7,192 bases of DNA from Zygophlyctis sp. KS116 (Eukaryota > Fungi > Chytridiomycota): the NCBI GenBank assembly GCA_054661495.1, contig BAAFSQ010000414.1:1-7192 (forward strand), given 5' to 3'. Position 1 is the first letter of the stretch. Each line of letters starts with the position of its first letter. The notes below the pieces were generated by a model. That model was not told the origin of the DNA. It made no database searches and saw nothing but the letters and a program-made list of their open reading frames with translations. Made by a program: the position numbers and the translations under genes. Below, piece after piece: positions 6,682 to 7,192 of this stretch.

Positions 6682-7050
6682 CTAAAGACCACATTGAAAC
6701 GATGTTACCTTGTTTTTTCCTTCTCCAACTGTGAGTTCTGTAACGTAGGGACTACAGCAGTCACTTTTTTGAGATTTAGTAACAATTTTCCCGTCCTTAA
6801 TACAACCCTTACGAACACATATTTTATTCTCACAGTTGTTACCATTTTTGCATAATACACCTTTTTTTTTGTCACATGCTGCCCCAAGGTTTGCATAAGT
6901 TTTACTTCGGCATTTATCTGTACCTTCATCACAATAAAGATGATCGGCACAAGCATTTCTAGTGTCACACGATTGACCTGATTGAAGTTTTGCGTTACTT
7001 ATAGTTGCCATTTGAAGAAAAGCAATCAGAGTGAAGAGAGATAATTTCAT
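6682..7050 (-). CDS. Small secreted cysteine-rich protein, 122 aa, 12 Cys, intronless
   Basis: ATG 7050 in A-rich context starts a classical signal peptide MKLSLFTLIAFLQMATISNA. The mature part is Lys-rich, with two GxxC-C-C-C modules and a C..CC..C module. Stop TAG at 6684-6682. Confidence 0.88.
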   Translation of the reverse strand: MKLSLFTLIAFLQMATISNAKLQSGQSCDTRNACADHLYCDEGTDKCRSKTYANLGAACDKKKGVLCKNGNNCENKICVRKGCIKDGKIVTKSQKSDCCSPYVTELTVGEGKNKVTSFQCGL

Positions 7051-7101
7051 TTTTTTAAAGTTCCGAAGTCTGTCCCAGCAGCGCATGTCATCATATCGGT
7101 G

Positions 7102-7124
7102 TGACGTGAAAGTTTTAATGACGT
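7102..7124. promoter_or_regulatory. Two TGACGT (CRE/ATF-type bZIP core) motifs upstream of the secreted protein gene
   Basis: tgacgt at 7102-7107 and 7119-7124, 52-74 nt upstream of ATG 7050; function is inferred only. Confidence 0.35.
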
Positions 7125-7192
7125 ATAACAGTTTAAACTTTATTCTTTTGTAGTAGATAAAACTTGTTAATAATATCTAATGCAGCCAAAGG

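Noticed and set aside
6658-6968. ORFs 6658-6855 (+) and 6705-6968 (-)
   Set aside because: Overlap the better-supported secreted Cys-rich gene and have no features of their own.
7051-7086. 12-aa N-terminal extension MRCWDRLRNFKK
   Set aside because: ATG 7050 has A-rich context and begins a canonical signal peptide; the upstream ATG is likely outside the transcript, though not excluded.
1-7192. Prokaryotic defence, CRISPR, phage or transposon system; RNA genes
   Set aside because: No repeat-spacer array, terminal repeats, transposase, tRNA or rRNA pattern seen; content is intron-bearing eukaryotic genes.

Overview
AT-rich, gene-dense eukaryotic nuclear DNA using the standard code, with ultra-short GT-AG spliceosomal introns (24-31 nt). 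It is probably from an early-diverging fungus (inference). The fragmented ORF track collapses into four genes. (1) YIF1 (134-1089, +, 1 intron) has an N-terminal Gly-Gln-Gln repeat. (2) An ATP-dependent DNA ligase of about 1044 aa (1134-4563, +, 9 obligatory plus 2 probable introns) has all nucleotidyltransferase motifs. Its C-terminus carries a 53BP1/Crb2/Rad9-like tandem-Tudor + BRCT module, which is the most unusual element here. (3) A P-type PPR protein (4634-6538, +, 2 introns) is probably mitochondrial, and its boundary with the ligase is ambiguous and could allow a splice fusion. (4) A convergent small secreted 12-Cys protein (7050-6682, -) ends in a knottin-like module that lacks one disulfide pair. 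All homology calls are by eye from remembered motifs; no searches were run.
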